A stretch of DNA of 63,028 bases, counting the filler, from Octopus bimaculoides (Eukaryota): the NCBI RefSeq assembly GCF_001194135.2. It is 8 parts of 8 records of this genome, joined end to end, with 100 filler letters (N's around TTAATTAATTAA, not from the genome) between each part and the next. Parts side by side here need not be neighbours in the genome. Positions count along the whole stretch, not along the records: positions 46,717 to 53,544 come from NC_068991.1; positions 53,645 to 58,284 come from NC_068989.1; positions 58,385 to 60,434 come from NW_026338876.1; positions 60,535 to 61,643 come from NC_068981.1; positions 61,744 to 63,028 come from NC_069002.1; 3 more parts are not named here. One strand, written 5' to 3'. Positions 49,316-63,028 of the stretch are shown here, in pieces (the stretch's first letter is position 1; every line of letters begins with the position of its first letter). Made by a program: the position numbers and the translations under genes. Below the pieces are notes generated by a model. That model saw only the letters and a program-made list of their open reading frames with translations. It was not told where the DNA came from and ran no database searches.

Positions 49316-50345
49316 TTCAGTAGTTTTATTTTTATAACGTGCTTTCACTTCACTACCGAGCGCAGCTCTGTGCGCCTTGGGTATGAGCTGTGGTTTGCTG
49401 TGGTGCTCTTATGTTTACTGNNNNNNNNNNNNNNNNNNNNNNNNNNNNNNNNNNNNNNNNNNNNNNNNNNNNNNNNNNNNNNNNNNNNNNNNNNNNNNNN
49501 NNNNNNNNNNNNNNNNNNNNNNNNNNNNNNNNNNNNNNNNNNNNNNNNNNNNNNNNNNNNNNNNNNNNNNNNNNNNNNNNNNNNNNNNNNNNNNNNNNNN
49601 NNNNNNNNNNNNNNNNNNNNNNNNNNNNNNNNNNNNNNNNNNNNNNNNNNNNNNNNNNNNNNNNNNNNNNNNNNNNNNNNNNNNNNNNNNNNNNNNNNNN
49701 NNNNNNNNNNNNNNNNNNNNNNNNNNNNNNNNNNNNNNNNNNNNNNNNNNNNNNNNNNNNNNNNNNNNNNNNNNNNNNNNNNNNNNNNNNNNNNNNNNNN
49801 NNNNNNNNNNNNNNNNNNNNNNNNNNNNNNNNNNNNNNNNNNNNNNNNNNNNNNNNNNNNNNNNNNNNNNNNNNNNNNNNNNNNNNNNNNNNNNNNNNNN
49901 NNNNNNNNNNNNNNNNNNNNNNNNNNNNNNNNNNNNNNNNNNNNNNNNNNNNNNNNNNNNNNNNNNNNNNNNNNNNNNNNNNNNNNNNNNNNNNNNNNNN
50001 NNNNNNNNNNNNNNNNNNNNNNNNNNNNNNNNNNNNNNNNNNNNNNNNNNNNNNNNNNNNNNNNNNNNNNNNNNNNNNNNNNNNNNNNNNNNNGCTCTGT
50101 CGTGTCTGTGAATATATTCCTTCTTAGCCAGGACTGGGCAGCCAGAGATAATATGATTTATTGTTTCTTGTCGATCTCCACATATTCTACAGTTACTTGT
50201 TATATTTCTTTTCATTATGTGTTTTTGGTAATTTCTGGTGGGGAGGTTCTGGTCTTGTGCAGCAATTAAAAATCCTTCAGTCTCTGCTTTGAGTCCTGAG
50301 CTTCTCAGCCATTGCTGGGATTTTTCTCTGTCTATTTCTTCTTCT
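49316..50345 (-). mobile_element. Second R4/Dong-type element (different subfamily) spanning a gap
   Basis: SQQWLRSSGLKAETEGFLIAAQDQNL..CRICGDRQETINHIISGCPVLAKKEYIHRHDR. The 3' UTR at 49316-49420 ends in (TAA)n. Confidence 0.88.
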
Positions 50346-50371
50346 TCTTCTTATTATTATTATTATTATTA

Positions 50372-51417
<1,046 letters not shown>

Positions 51418-52068
51418 CAATTGCTACTGCTGCTGCTGCCACTGCTACCATCGCCGCTACTCTTCGTTATCACTTTGGGGAGTATGATTTTGTGATATTC
51501 ATGACTGTCTCTTTAAACCTTTGCGGCACGAAAGGAATTTTTGCAAACAGGAATTCGTTGTGGGTCAAGTACACGCGTCACCGGAAGTGTGCTACCACCA
51601 CTACTACTACCACCACAAACGTCACTACTACTACTGCTAGTACTACTACTGCTGCTGCTGTTGCTACAGTAAATATAAAGTTAATAAATAGGAAACCAGT
51701 GCCCAACCAAATAATACAGTATTAGCATATAAAAACGTTCAGAGCAAATTATCCACCCATAAGTTAAAGACAACGATATGAAATTGTATAGTGATCAGTT
51801 ATAGACATTCCAAGTAAATTACTCTGTGTGTTTTATCCATTATATATACAGATAGAGAGAGAGAGAAAGAGAAAGAGACACATGAATATTTATATAGATA
51901 GATAGATACATGCATACATATATACACATACATACATACATACATACACAGATAGACAGACAGACAGACAGACAGAGTGTGATAAATAGATAGAGAGAGA
52001 GAGAGAGGTAAACAGACAGACAGATAGATATACGATATGTCTATATGTATACAGACAGACAGACAGAC

Positions 52069-52123
<55 letters not shown>

Positions 52124-52848
52124 CAGATAGAGATTGAGAGCAAAGCGTATGAAAACAAATGAACAAAGTAAGAATACACAATGAAAATAACTTTTTTTAT
52201 GAACCGGAGCACAAATGATATAAGTATTGATGGCAACATTAGAAATGCGATGGTTAAGAACTGAAGGATGCATACAGTTCAGGATGCATGCATTACGGGC
52301 ATAAATAATGAAGGCGCATGTAAAGCTTTTTGTTTGTTTGTCATTGAGAAAGCATACAATACATTCTTATAGACTACGAAAAAAATACAGTGAATATAAT
52401 AAGTCTAATATAATTCACAGTTATTGTGATTACAGATAAATATAGAAAACAAACACGAGATTAAATAATATTGGAGGTAAAATAGAAAAGATAAAATAAC
52501 TAATAATACGTTCTGTTTTGGATCACTAGAAGTCATCTCACAGATAAAAAGCAAAAGGAAAAAAGAAAAAAAAAATGGTCGCCATTATAAGATTACGACA
52601 GCAATAACAAATTGCAGCTGGATTGTCAGACAGCTTCGGAATGTATGTTAATATTGGAATCGTGGTTAACGAGTTAGTTCACACCCCTATCGTTGGGTGT
52701 CAAAGAAGACATTGTTTATAGATTGAATGCCATCACAAAGAAATGAATGAGTTAGCATGCATTGTGAAAAAGTAAAAAGGCATCTCAGTCATTTACGAAA
52801 TTAAAAGTGAATACATACATACATACATACATACATACATACATACAT

Positions 52849-52895
<47 letters not shown>

Positions 52896-53644
52896 ATATA
52901 ATATAATATAATATAATATAATATAATATATAATAATATGATAATATATATATATGTATATATTTGAGAAGATATAAGGAAAGATGGCGGCAAATAATAC
53001 AGATATGTGATAAATAATATATATAATACAGTTAAAACAACATATTTCATCAAAAAGACAAAGGATTGTGACTTCAAAAAGCGTCAATATTTCTCAAAGC
53101 AAAACAAACCATTTTCTTCCAAATAAATGGCTTTCTCGAAAGAATGTTCAGATGCAGAACATGTTCTATATATCTGGGAGGTGTATTGACTGCAAATAAT
53201 ATACATCACGTAATAAGAATTACGTATACAGACTAAAAAAAAACAAAAAACAAGGAAATATAAAATACGATATATTCGAGAACAAACCTGGCCTAAGAAA
53301 ATACTAAGAACTTAAAACTCCAGAATATTAAAAAAAAATAACTAGCAACATTTTTTGGGGTATATGTAATATGTACTCCCCTGGTACATGCAGATATACT
53401 TTTAAAGCCAGTGTTATTTACTAAAAAAAAGTCTACAAAAAAAAATAAAAAATAAAACGCTGATTTACATTTAGCAATGGCAAGAAGTAAAAGTTATAAA
53501 TAGAAGTAAACAAACAGAGATATGGCGGTGTAATTATAAAGTTTNNNNNNNNNNNNNNNNNNNNNNNNNNNNNNNNNNNNNNNNNNNNTTAATTAATTAA
53601 NNNNNNNNNNNNNNNNNNNNNNNNNNNNNNNNNNNNNNNNNNNN

Positions 53645-53684
<40 letters not shown>

Positions 53685-53697
53685 TATGTGTGTGTTT

Positions 53698-53699
<2 letters not shown>

Positions 53700-53738
<39 letters not shown>

Positions 53739-53945
53739 TGTGTGTGTATGTAAGTATGTGCTTGTGTGTCTGTGTTTATCTCCCTACCATTCGACACCCG
53801 ATGTTGGTGTGCTTACGTTCCCATAACTTAGCGGTTCGGTAATAGAAACCGATAGAATAAGTCCTGGAGTTAATTTCTTCGACTGAAGGTGGTGTTGCAG
53901 CATGGTTGCAGTCAAATAACTGAAAGAAATAAAATAATAAAAGAA
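53700..53945 (+). mobile_element. 3' half of a family C SINE
   Basis: CGATGTTGGTGTGCTTACGTTCCCATAACTTAGCGGTTCGG..CAGCATGGTTGCAGTCAAATAACTGAAAG. Confidence 0.8.
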
Positions 53946-54152
53946 TGTATATATATATATATATATATATGCGTGTGTGTGTTTATATATATTTTCATGT
54001 ATGTATAAGCACAAATACACATATGTATATACAGTCGAGCACATTGATACATATGACGCCAGAAATATTCCTACTTCCACCTTCTCTTTCTCATTATCAT
54101 TTTATATTTGTATCCAAGAGTGCACACGCGCGCACACATACACACACACACG

Positions 54153-54218
<66 letters not shown>

Positions 54219-54522
54219 CATACGCAAGCACCTAGTCACACAGACGCACGCTTCCAGATAGTCACATACACACACATTGTTGTAAGAAACAAACAACATC
54301 ACTGAAATATGAAATACCTGAAGCAGCTATAAACCACTTGAAATAACAGACCTGCAGACATAGAGCAAGTAAAAATGAAATATTATCTGTAGATTATCAG
54401 GCAGCTTTCGGCATGCATTTAGTATTGAAGTATAAAAGTAAAACAAATAAATTCATTGCAACTCAGATTTTGAAAGAAGAAAGCCTTTCAAATGATATTT
54501 TACTGAGAACATTATGTGTTGC

Positions 54523-54553
<31 letters not shown>

Positions 54554-54682
54554 TGTGTGTGAATGCATGTATGTAAATATGTATACACACACACACACAC
54601 CCACACATATATATATATATAATATTCCTTATAAAATTTATATATATACACATATATCTATCTATCTATCTTTCTATCTATC

Positions 54683-55083
54683 TGTGGTTAGTAGCTTGCT
54701 TACCAACCACATGGTTCTGGGTTCATTCCCACTGCGTGGCACCTTGGGCAAGTGTCTTCTACTATAGTCTCGGGCCGACCAAAGCTTTGTGAGTGGATTT
54801 GGTAGACGGAAACTGAAAGAAGCCCGTCGTATATATGTATATATATATGTGTGTATGTGTATATGTTTGTGTGTCTGTATTTGTCCCCCCCCCCCCAACG
54901 TCGCTTGACAACCGATGGTGGTGTGTTTACGTCCCCGTAACTTAGCGGTTCGGCAAAAAGAGACCGATAGAATAAGTACTAGGCTTCCAAAGAATAAGTC
55001 CTGGGGTCGATTTGCTCGACAAAAGGCGGTGCTCCAGCATGGCCACAGTCAAATGACTGAAACAAGTAAAAGAGTAAAAGAGT
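54683..55083 (+). mobile_element. SINE, family C, near full length
   Basis: High identity to 36580-37005. Confidence 0.92.
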
Positions 55084-55119
55084 ATATATAGATGTGTGTG
55101 TGTGTGTGTGTGTGTGTAT

Positions 55120-55620
55120 GTATCGCGAGCAAGATCCTGCCACCAAGTGTTCTGCATCTTCCTGAGAGATCGCTGACGTAGTGATTTTACACTGCTATAG
55201 TGAGCAAGTGCTAGATTTTGCTGCACAGCTGAAAGTCTTCTGTGCAGCAATACATTTTGGGCATGGCGTTTTACAACCTATAGCCACTGAACTTCAGCAT
55301 CATTTTCATCAAACCAGTCTCTGTGTCTGGCAGTAGCATATCTCAGCACATTGAAGAACCTGGTCTTGAAAATCTTCCCATACTGTAGTATCTTCAATGC
55401 TAGACAAACGAGTCTGAAGCTCTTTCCTCAACACAGCATCATATATCTTGTGGACATTCAGACGCCAAAGAATGCCAACTGGCCCTCTTCTCTCTTTCAC
55501 TCTAATCATCATCTGGAACTTTGCTCGCACCAGACTGTGGTCTGTCCAGCATTCCGATCCATGAAAGGACTTGACATTACAAATATCATAGATGTGACAC
55601 TTGCGGATGATAACATAGTC
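55120..55620 (-). mobile_element. RTE-type LINE fragment (end of APE endonuclease plus linker)
   Basis: DICNVKSFHGSECWTDHSLVRAKF; DENDAEV; LRKMQNTWWQDLA. Confidence 0.8.
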
Positions 55621-56250
55621 CACATACATACATACATACATAAATACGTGTTTGTAAGTCTGTCTGTCTGTGTGTCTGTCTGTCTGTATGTATGTATGTA
55701 TGTATGTATGTATGTATGTATGTATGTGTGTGCATGTGTTTGTTTGTGTACGTGGGAGTATGTGTGTGCGTGTGTGTGTGTTCCTTAGAAAAGTGTTATT
55801 TTATTTACTTTTTATTTACTTTCCTGAGAGGTTGTGCGCTTATTGCTCACTTCTTTGCAGTGATTGTCTGAATGCTATCACGCACATCTAACGATAGTAG
55901 GTGAAGCAGGCTCACGCAAATCTTTGAGCTATGTGAATTGATTTGTTCATTTGACTTTTTTAAAATTACACACTTGCACGCACGCACGCGCACACGTTTA
56001 CACTCTCGTACGTATGCACACATGCACGCGCACACGCACGCACACACACACGCAAATATATGTCTGAGACTTTTGCCGTTGCTCGAAATTTTACGATTGC
56101 TTGAGTTATTATGGAAACAGTTGATCTTTAATGAGAACAGTTTTCAAATACAAGCTAGCTCAGCAACCATACTGTTTCATTGGCTTACACGTGTTAAGTG
56201 AGTTATATACATAGGGCTGGAATTCACGTCTGAAAACATTCTAAGAAAAA

Positions 56251-56572
56251 TGTCCAGAAGAATATACTCTTCTGAAAAGAGACAACTTTACATAAGTAAA
56301 AATATACAGAGAAAAACATAACTTAGCTTTAATTATGTGTCAAATTTCTTGAAATCCTTCATATATTACTCATAGATTCAAGCAGTCAGTTATTAAAAAT
56401 CTATATGAAGAACTTACTCTTCTGAAAAGCGACAACTTTACTTAACTAAAAATATACAGAAAAAAAAAGTCATAATTTAACTTTAATTGTGTATCAAATT
56501 TCAGGAAACCCTTCATACATTAGCCTTAGATTCGAGCAGTCAGTTATTAAAAATCTATGTCCACAAGAATAT
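56251..56572. repeat. Tandem duplication, about 150-157-bp unit x2
   Basis: AAGAA(T/C)(A/T)TACTCTTCTGAAAAG at 56258 and 56408; CAGTCAGTTATTAAAAATCTAT ends each unit. Confidence 0.85.
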
Positions 56573-56707
56573 ATTAAAAGTTTAAAGATTTTATTTCTTT
56601 TATTGAGATAAAAAAAAAATTCCTTTCGTTATATTTAATACATGGCCAGGACGGATCAGTGTCTTTGGTTCTTTTGGTTACACATTACTAACAGTAACTA
56701 CACACAT

Positions 56708-56836
<129 letters not shown>

Positions 56837-58180
56837 GTTACTTCTCAGAGCTCTAGGTCTTACTTGCTCTGGTTGATTCTGTGAGAGCGGACAGCAGCCT
56901 GTTGTCAGAGGTTTCACAGGGTCTATTTCCACGAATTATAAGCTTTCGTACATGGATGTTAACTGATCGTGGGAGACATTCAACACCCAAGCATCAATCT
57001 CGAAATCTTAGTTGTCCATAATAGACCAGTTTTTCCGGGTTTGCTCTGCCTTCATGTCAATTTCAATTTCTCCGACATGTTTCACAAACCTGGTTGTCAG
57101 TGCTCCGAGTGCCCCCTACAACTACTGGAATAACTGTTATTCTCCTCACTGCCCACATTCTTGCAATTTCATCTTTTAGAAGTCTGTATTTTCACATCTT
57201 TTCCACCTATTTGTCATTTCGCGTGCATCCCAAGGTATGGCGACACCTATGATCATGGTTTCCTATATTCTTTCATCTATCACAACATGTCTGGTCTCTG
57301 AGGATCGATTGGGGAGTCATATTGGACTGTAAAATCCTACAGGATCTTATATTCATCGTTCTTAGTGACGTCCTCTGATTCATGTTTGCACCATTTCTGT
57401 GCTCTGCCCAGACCATACTTTTCATACAGTCTCTAGTGAACAAACTTAGCCACGTTATTATGCCTCCTTTTGTAGTGTTTTTGGGCCAGCTTGCTACACA
57501 ATAAGAGAGATTGTTTCATTTTTGCTGCCACACTTCCTACAAAGGGGCGATTTACCGCTCTTATCTATTTGGAACTTGATGTTATTAGTTCTGAGTGCTT
57601 ATTCCTGGGAGCTGTATATCAGTGCCTCAGTGCATCCTTTCAGATCACTTTTTCTTAGTCATCTCCTGGTGTTAGTCTTGTCTTTCTCTTCGATTTCTCT
57701 GGGGTATTACCCATGCATTGTTTTCATTTTCCAATTGTTTATTCTTTGTTCTTTATTTCGTTTCTTTAATGTTTTTGGGTGCGACACAATTTCGGTAGGT
57801 ATCGTATTATTATTTCTAACCGCGCCAAGCAAGGATTCATACTACTGTTTGATGTGCCATCCCAAACTATTCCTCTCGTTGGCAACACAAATCTTCCATA
57901 TTATGAGGTCTCTTCCTCTTTTGTTCTTAGGTACATAAGTCTATCAATATCACTTTTTGGGTGCAGTCCTTTGTTAATTGTCATTACTTTCCTGGTATTT
58001 CTATCCATTTCCTCAAGCTCATTCTTTGTCCATCTAACGACACCTGCATCGTATCGCATCAAAGAAGCAGTCCATGAGTTCATTGCTGTGATCTTGTTCT
58101 TTACATTGAGTCTACTTCCCATAATTAATATAGTTCTTTTGAGATATTCTTGCCTAAAACTTTCCTTCATCTCACTTTCA
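56837..58180 (-). mobile_element. Fourth R4/Dong-type element, 5'-truncated within the RT thumb
   Basis: EYLKRT..SRLNVKNKITAMNSW..RYDAGVVRWTKNELEEMDRNTRKVMT..LHPKSDIDRL; LRKSDLKGCTEALIYSSQE.ALRTNN; RRHNNVAKFVH; IIGVAIPWD; IVPVVVG. Flanked by (TAA)n. Confidence 0.9.
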
Positions 58181-58190
58181 TTATTATTAC

Positions 58191-58284
<94 letters not shown>

Positions 58285-58384
58285 NNNNNNNNNNNNNNNN
58301 NNNNNNNNNNNNNNNNNNNNNNNNNNNNTTAATTAATTAANNNNNNNNNNNNNNNNNNNNNNNNNNNNNNNNNNNNNNNNNNNN

Positions 58385-60130
58385 GATTCAATAATAAAGA
58401 CCTGATTTATGCGTTCCGGAAGTACTTCGGGATACTTATACAACCAGAATTTCATTGCTTTTATTCCACAGTCATGTGAGATGTTGGTGTAAAAATTGAT
58501 AACATCGAAGGAAACCAATAATGCCTCTTCAATAATTGTTTTTAGTAGGTACTCTAGCATGTCTAAATTATCTCTAATGAAACTTTTGATGTATTTCAGC
58601 AAGGGTTTCAAGTAGGATGTTTAGAAAATTGTTTAGGCGGTGGGTTTCATAGGTTGGGCCAGCTATAACGGGCCTCAACTTTAAGTCTTCTGGCGCTTGG
58701 ATATTTATATATTTGCCTGATGATTTGTTTGCAGGCTTCATTAACTATTTTGCTCTCGTATATTTTAGGTAGGACGTAAATGTAATCTGTTTCTGTTTTT
58801 TTTTTGTCAGGCCTTTTCCATGTAAAAGTATTAAGGAAGCAAGATTTTTCATTGTTGTTTATAATTTACAGCATTTTCGTAGAATACATCGTATTCTAGC
58901 ATGGATAATACTAGGTTTGTGTAATATCCTGTGTCCATCAGAACTACATCACTACCTTTGTCTGCTTCTTTAATTGTCAGGTCTTTGTCGTTTTGTAGTT
59001 CAATTAGACTTTTTCCATTCTAAATTGTTGAGGTTTGAATTAATTTTACGTTTATGGAAAGAATATGGGAAATTTTGGATATGGTCGCAGAAGTCATCTA
59101 GTGTTTTATTCCTACCTTTAGGTAATTCTGTTTTTAACCGTAACTCATCTTCGTTGTTGTAATCAGTTAGTGCTTCTGTGAGTCGTAGTTTTCTGCAGAA
59201 TTTCGAAATATTGTCCTTAATTTCATTATGGTTAGATCTTCGTGGGGTTGGGGTAAATTTTAATCCTTTAGCTAGTATACTGATTTTTGTTAGAGAGAGA
59301 GCTTTCATTGATAAATTTATTGCTTTGGGTTTCTCCAGTAAGTTTTGTCCTAACATGTGTCCCTGTTTCTCTCCACTCGGTCTAAAAAAATGTTCACTGT
59401 AATTTGGTTGGTAGAAGTTATCAATATTATTTTTGTTATTAATTATATCAGTATTTTTATTATTATTTCTTATACTGGGATTACTAGGAGGTTGGTGTTG
59501 CTGTCTCGGTAAATTGTGCAAAGTAAACTAGGTAAAGTACGTAATTCGGGTTTCTTTGTTGGAATAAAATGTTGGAGTGGTTAATTATGTTTGGGATGTT
59601 GAGGAGTTGGTTGTGCTGTCTGGGTAAATAGGTTTAGAATCCGTAGGTTGAGTTTCTTCGTTGAGGGATAGAGGAAGTCGTTTGGACGTTTCTAGTTGCT
59701 GACAGAGAAAAAAATACTTTTAACCCTAGGTTGGTTTCTTCTAGGATTTCTTATTAGTGAGTTGCCCTTTTACTAGATTGAGAATGGTTTACATCCAGGT
59801 GAGAAGTCAGTTTTGTGTGTTTGTGTTCTTTTGGATGTTTATAGTTTGATCTAGGTGGATGTGTATTTATTTGTGTAGATATACTTGTTCTAGATCTTTT
59901 TCAGGAAGGGGTTATCTGAGATGTAGTTTCTTGTAAAAAGTGTTTCGTAACTAAGGAAAAAAATTAACCCTGTTTTTCCATCGGCGCAGTTTAAATGTAC
60001 AACAAATCTCCGATGTCCAGATGGCTGAAATGTATCAGTAGAAGACATCGAGGTGTCATAACCAAAATTAAGCCCAGCCCTCTTTGAGTGTAAGAAGTTA
60101 AGGGCTAAAAGACTTACCTGAGTGGCGGGG
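58385..60130 (-). mobile_element. Penelope-like element, 5' part and N-terminal RT (second PLE family), with candidate intron
   Basis: ILAKGLKFTPTP..ISKFCRKLRLTE; IKEADKGSDVVLMD..YY; RPVIAGP; LKPLLKYIKSFIRD.LD.L; LVSFDVINFYTNISHDCGIKAMKFWL. Confidence 0.88.
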
Positions 60131-60174
60131 TTTCTTCTCTGAAGACCTTCTGCTGTTCAGCTCTAAGGTTTTTA

Positions 60175-60434
60175 CCATTTTATCGACTTTGAAAGGATGA
60201 AAACGAAAGTCGCCATCGGTAAAAAATTGAACTCAGAACATGAAAATCGGAACAAATGAGGCTAAACATTCTGTTCGAACAAATCGACCTTTTTAAACCC
60301 AGTACTTATTTTATCGGATTTCTTGTGCCGAACCGCTAAGTTACGGGGACATAATCACATCAGCGCCGGTTGTCAAGCCGTGGTGGGGGACAAACAGACA
60401 TACAAACACACACACACATACACACACACACACA
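60175..60434 (-). mobile_element. Adjacent degenerate family B (60175-60285) and family C (60295-60434) SINE fragments
   Basis: TTTATCGAC..GAAAGGATGAAA..TTGAACTCAGAAC and GCCGAACCGCTAAGTTACGGGGAC motifs. Confidence 0.7.
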
Positions 60435-60566
60435 NNNNNNNNNNNNNNNNNNNNNNNNNNNNNNNNNNNNNNNNNNNNTTAATTAATTAANNNNNNNNNN
60501 NNNNNNNNNNNNNNNNNNNNNNNNNNNNNNNNNNTATATATATATATATATGTACGTTTATACACA

Positions 60567-61380
60567 CAGGGTGCGATGGCTAAATTGTTGCCATTTGGTA
60601 GTTTTAAATTCGCGCAAGCGAGTTGTTTGTTTTTTTACTTTTTTGAATATATTCAATACAGTATGGTCAGCTGGGCACTGTCTGTAAGAAAAACAGCACC
60701 ATGACGCAATTCAGTCTCCTAGAAATTTGGAAACGACATGCTGTACTACTTGGCATTCGCGCTGGAAGCTCCAATACGAACATTTTAGTGTGTTTGCGTG
60801 TCATTTTGAGGACGATGCAAATTGAGGACCTGTATCCAGAGTGATAAGTATCAAACATCCTGTCAAACATAATGGTGTTTGGAGTGATCATTTGTGATGG
60901 TGGCATTATGCCTCCATTCATCTTCTCACACGGTTTCAGACGCACCATTGAGGCCTATATAAAGTGCCTGGAGCGGGTAGTGCTATCCTGAATCAAGAGG
61001 ATGGCCGCTGAAAGACCTCATCATGGTTGTCAGGCAATTTCTGCCACCACATAACCCCTAACATCCGGCCACCTAACTCCTTAGAGTACAACCGCCTTGA
61101 TTATTTAGTTTGGGGCGCAGTTGACTGAGAGACAAATAAAATTCCTTGTAACACCAAAGATGAACTGAAGGCAAGGAAACCTTCCAGAAACCTTCAGAAG
61201 AATTGCAGGAGATTCCGACGTTGTCTGGAGGCTGTGGTTGAAGCCAACGGCGAGTGTATTGAATAAATTTACTCTTTGCTATTTCAAGATATTCTTATGT
61301 AATTTTGGTAAATATATCTGTTAAAATGTCATTTTCGTTCTTGCGTGATTTAGACGACGATTGTTTCACGTCACACACAC
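60567..61380 (+). mobile_element. Internally deleted Tc1/mariner-superfamily transposon (maT/DD37D-like)
   Basis: Starts CAGGGTGCG. KHPVNIMVFGVIICDGGIMPPFIFSHG..YIKCLERVV; RPPNSLEYNRLDYLVWGAV (WPPxSPDxNPLDY-like); CRRFRRCLEAVVEANG. Confidence 0.85.
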
Positions 61381-61390
61381 ACGCACACTC

Positions 61391-61422
<32 letters not shown>

Positions 61423-61424
<2 letters not shown>

Positions 61425-61643
61425 GACCGATTCGCGGAACACCTCCGAGATATCAACGTCGGCAATGACACCCCGGTGTCACGCCACTTCCGTTCTGCCG
61501 GCCACTCCTTGCGGCAACACCTGTCTGTGTTTGGATTGTCCATGCACAGGGGCCATCCGGACTCCCGTTTGCGCCGTGAACAGGGATTAATCTTCTATCT
61601 TCGCTCCTTTGCGCCACATGGGCTCAGCTCCCCTCCACTCTTC
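61423..61643 (+). mobile_element. PLE GIY-YIG endonuclease C-terminal fragment (third PLE family)
   Basis: DRFAEHLRDI..PVSRHFRSAGHS..VFGL..RLRREQGLIFYLRSFAPHGL. Confidence 0.8.
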
Positions 61644-61743
61644 NNNNNNNNNNNNNNNNNNNNNNNNNNNNNNNNNNNNNNNNNNNNTTAATTAATTAAN
61701 NNNNNNNNNNNNNNNNNNNNNNNNNNNNNNNNNNNNNNNNNNN

Positions 61744-61821
61744 GGAGGTGAATAGACACATTCGGTTTGTTGTCTCGTCTTTTTCACAGCAATCGCAAAC
61801 CAGATGTGTCTATTCAGCTCC
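61744..61821. other. 78-nt hairpin
   Basis: GGAGGTGAATAGACACATTCGGTTTG pairs with CAAACCAGATGTGTCTATTCAGCTCC. Confidence 0.7.
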
Positions 61822-62243
61822 AACAATACAGAGCAGTCGCCATATTTCATTCCATATCAGCTACTTCTCATGAGCATATGGCTACATAATCGGATTTTTT
61901 CAACAATCCGTTCAATCCCTGGTGTGAAACCGATTGGTAAAATCGGCCGTAATGGATATATAATACTGCACACCTTGGATAATATACCCACTCTATTGAC
62001 CGATATACGAGTGCATTTTTTCCTGACTTATGGTCTCTTAGACGACTTACACACACGCACGCACACACGCACACACGCACACACACATATATATATATAT
62101 ATGTTGATACGTGCCAAAGCACGAAACTCGTGGACCTTGAGTTACTCTGTTACTTCTGCTTAATATTCATATGTAACTACATGTGGCAGGTTGGCGATTT
62201 TTTTCCTCCATCTTCCTTTTCTTTTCGACTTTCCCCTCTCTCC

Positions 62244-62277
62244 TATTTCTGAAGAGCCTTGCTCGAAACGTAAAACA
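62244..62277 (+). ncRNA. Minimal type I hammerhead motif of PLE type
   Basis: UAUUU / CUGAAGA / G-CCUUGCU-C / GAAA / C-GUA / AAACA. It has a single-pair helix II, an ACGU palindrome as helix III, a GUA triplet and a weak helix I. Confidence 0.6.
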
Positions 62278-62388
62278 ACCTTTCTTTCCTTCTCTGGGCG
62301 TCTGTTAATACTTTGCATGTGCCACGCCCTTGCGTTGCTGGTTTTTATTCTTGTGTTTCTTCTTCGTTTCTTTGGGTGGGTGAAGGGG

Positions 62389-62435
<47 letters not shown>

Positions 62436-62618
62436 GCATAAATACATAATATAGTGCAAGCATTGTCTGATATAGAACTCAATAGGTCAGGTTGAGTACG
62501 TGTTTGTTTTACATGTATCAAAAACTTACAGTCTACTCTGGCAGTCTACATCAGCCAAGGGTGAAACACAGGCGGCGGTTGGGTGTGCATTTTGTGGTAT
62601 AAGAAATGTATGCATGCA

Positions 62619-62619
<1 letters not shown>

Positions 62620-62705
<86 letters not shown>

Positions 62706-62768
62706 GTCTATCTATCTATCTACCTACCTACCTACCTACCTACCTACCTAGCCAGCTATCTCGCTGTC

Positions 62769-62803
<35 letters not shown>

Positions 62804-62805
62804 CT
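62620..62805. repeat. (TCTA)n/(CCTA)n tetranucleotide microsatellite
   Basis: Directly visible. Confidence 0.95.
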
Positions 62806-63028
62806 TCTGACGGACTTGCTGTCACATCGGCTGCAGAGGTAAACCTTTTTTTGACCTTATATTGCCCACAATTGTTTTAAATTTTTTACATATAATCTGT
62901 GCGAAGCACCCAAGCTTCATTTGTGTATTTTTTCGAAGGGAGGAATTGGCCCCTAGGGGCAGTTCCAGCCCCGTCAAAATATAAATTTTTTCTCGGCATT
63001 CGGAAAAATGTCGAGAAACATTGTTTTG

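Overview
Repeat-dense, AT-rich animal genomic DNA. The SINE, MITE and microsatellite style points to an octopod cephalopod (inferred from recall, no search run). There are many N gaps, plus seven artificial 100-nt spacers (N44-TTAATTAATTAA-N44), so true adjacency across those points is not guaranteed. One host gene is supportable: the first coding exon of a Gbx-type homeobox gene (minus strand, 30124-30940) with an eh1 motif and a phase-1 GT donor. Its homeobox exon is not in the readable sequence. The rest is mostly decayed mobile DNA: an internally deleted Helitron, a Tigger/pogo fragment, a Tc1/mariner fragment, nested MITEs, a CsRn1-like Gypsy LTR-gag remnant, a Tx1/L1 3' end, RTE fragments, four R4/Dong-type RLE LINEs sitting in (TAA)n tracts, several Penelope-like element (PLE) pieces, and three families of tRNA-derived SINEs with interchangeable tails. 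The most interesting signal is an inverted pair of type I hammerhead ribozyme motifs (44580-44671 minus, 45428-45519 plus). Both keep the catalytic core and carry an unusual 39-nt loop on helix II. There are also a minimal hammerhead (62244-62277), two decayed hammerheads, a probable spliceosomal intron in a PLE 5' region, a stack of three different Dong-like LINEs in a SINE-tail microsatellite, and several long hairpins. Most ORFs in the supplied track are microsatellite or N-gap artefacts. Repeat boundaries are read by eye and are approximate unless TSD or TIR positions are given.
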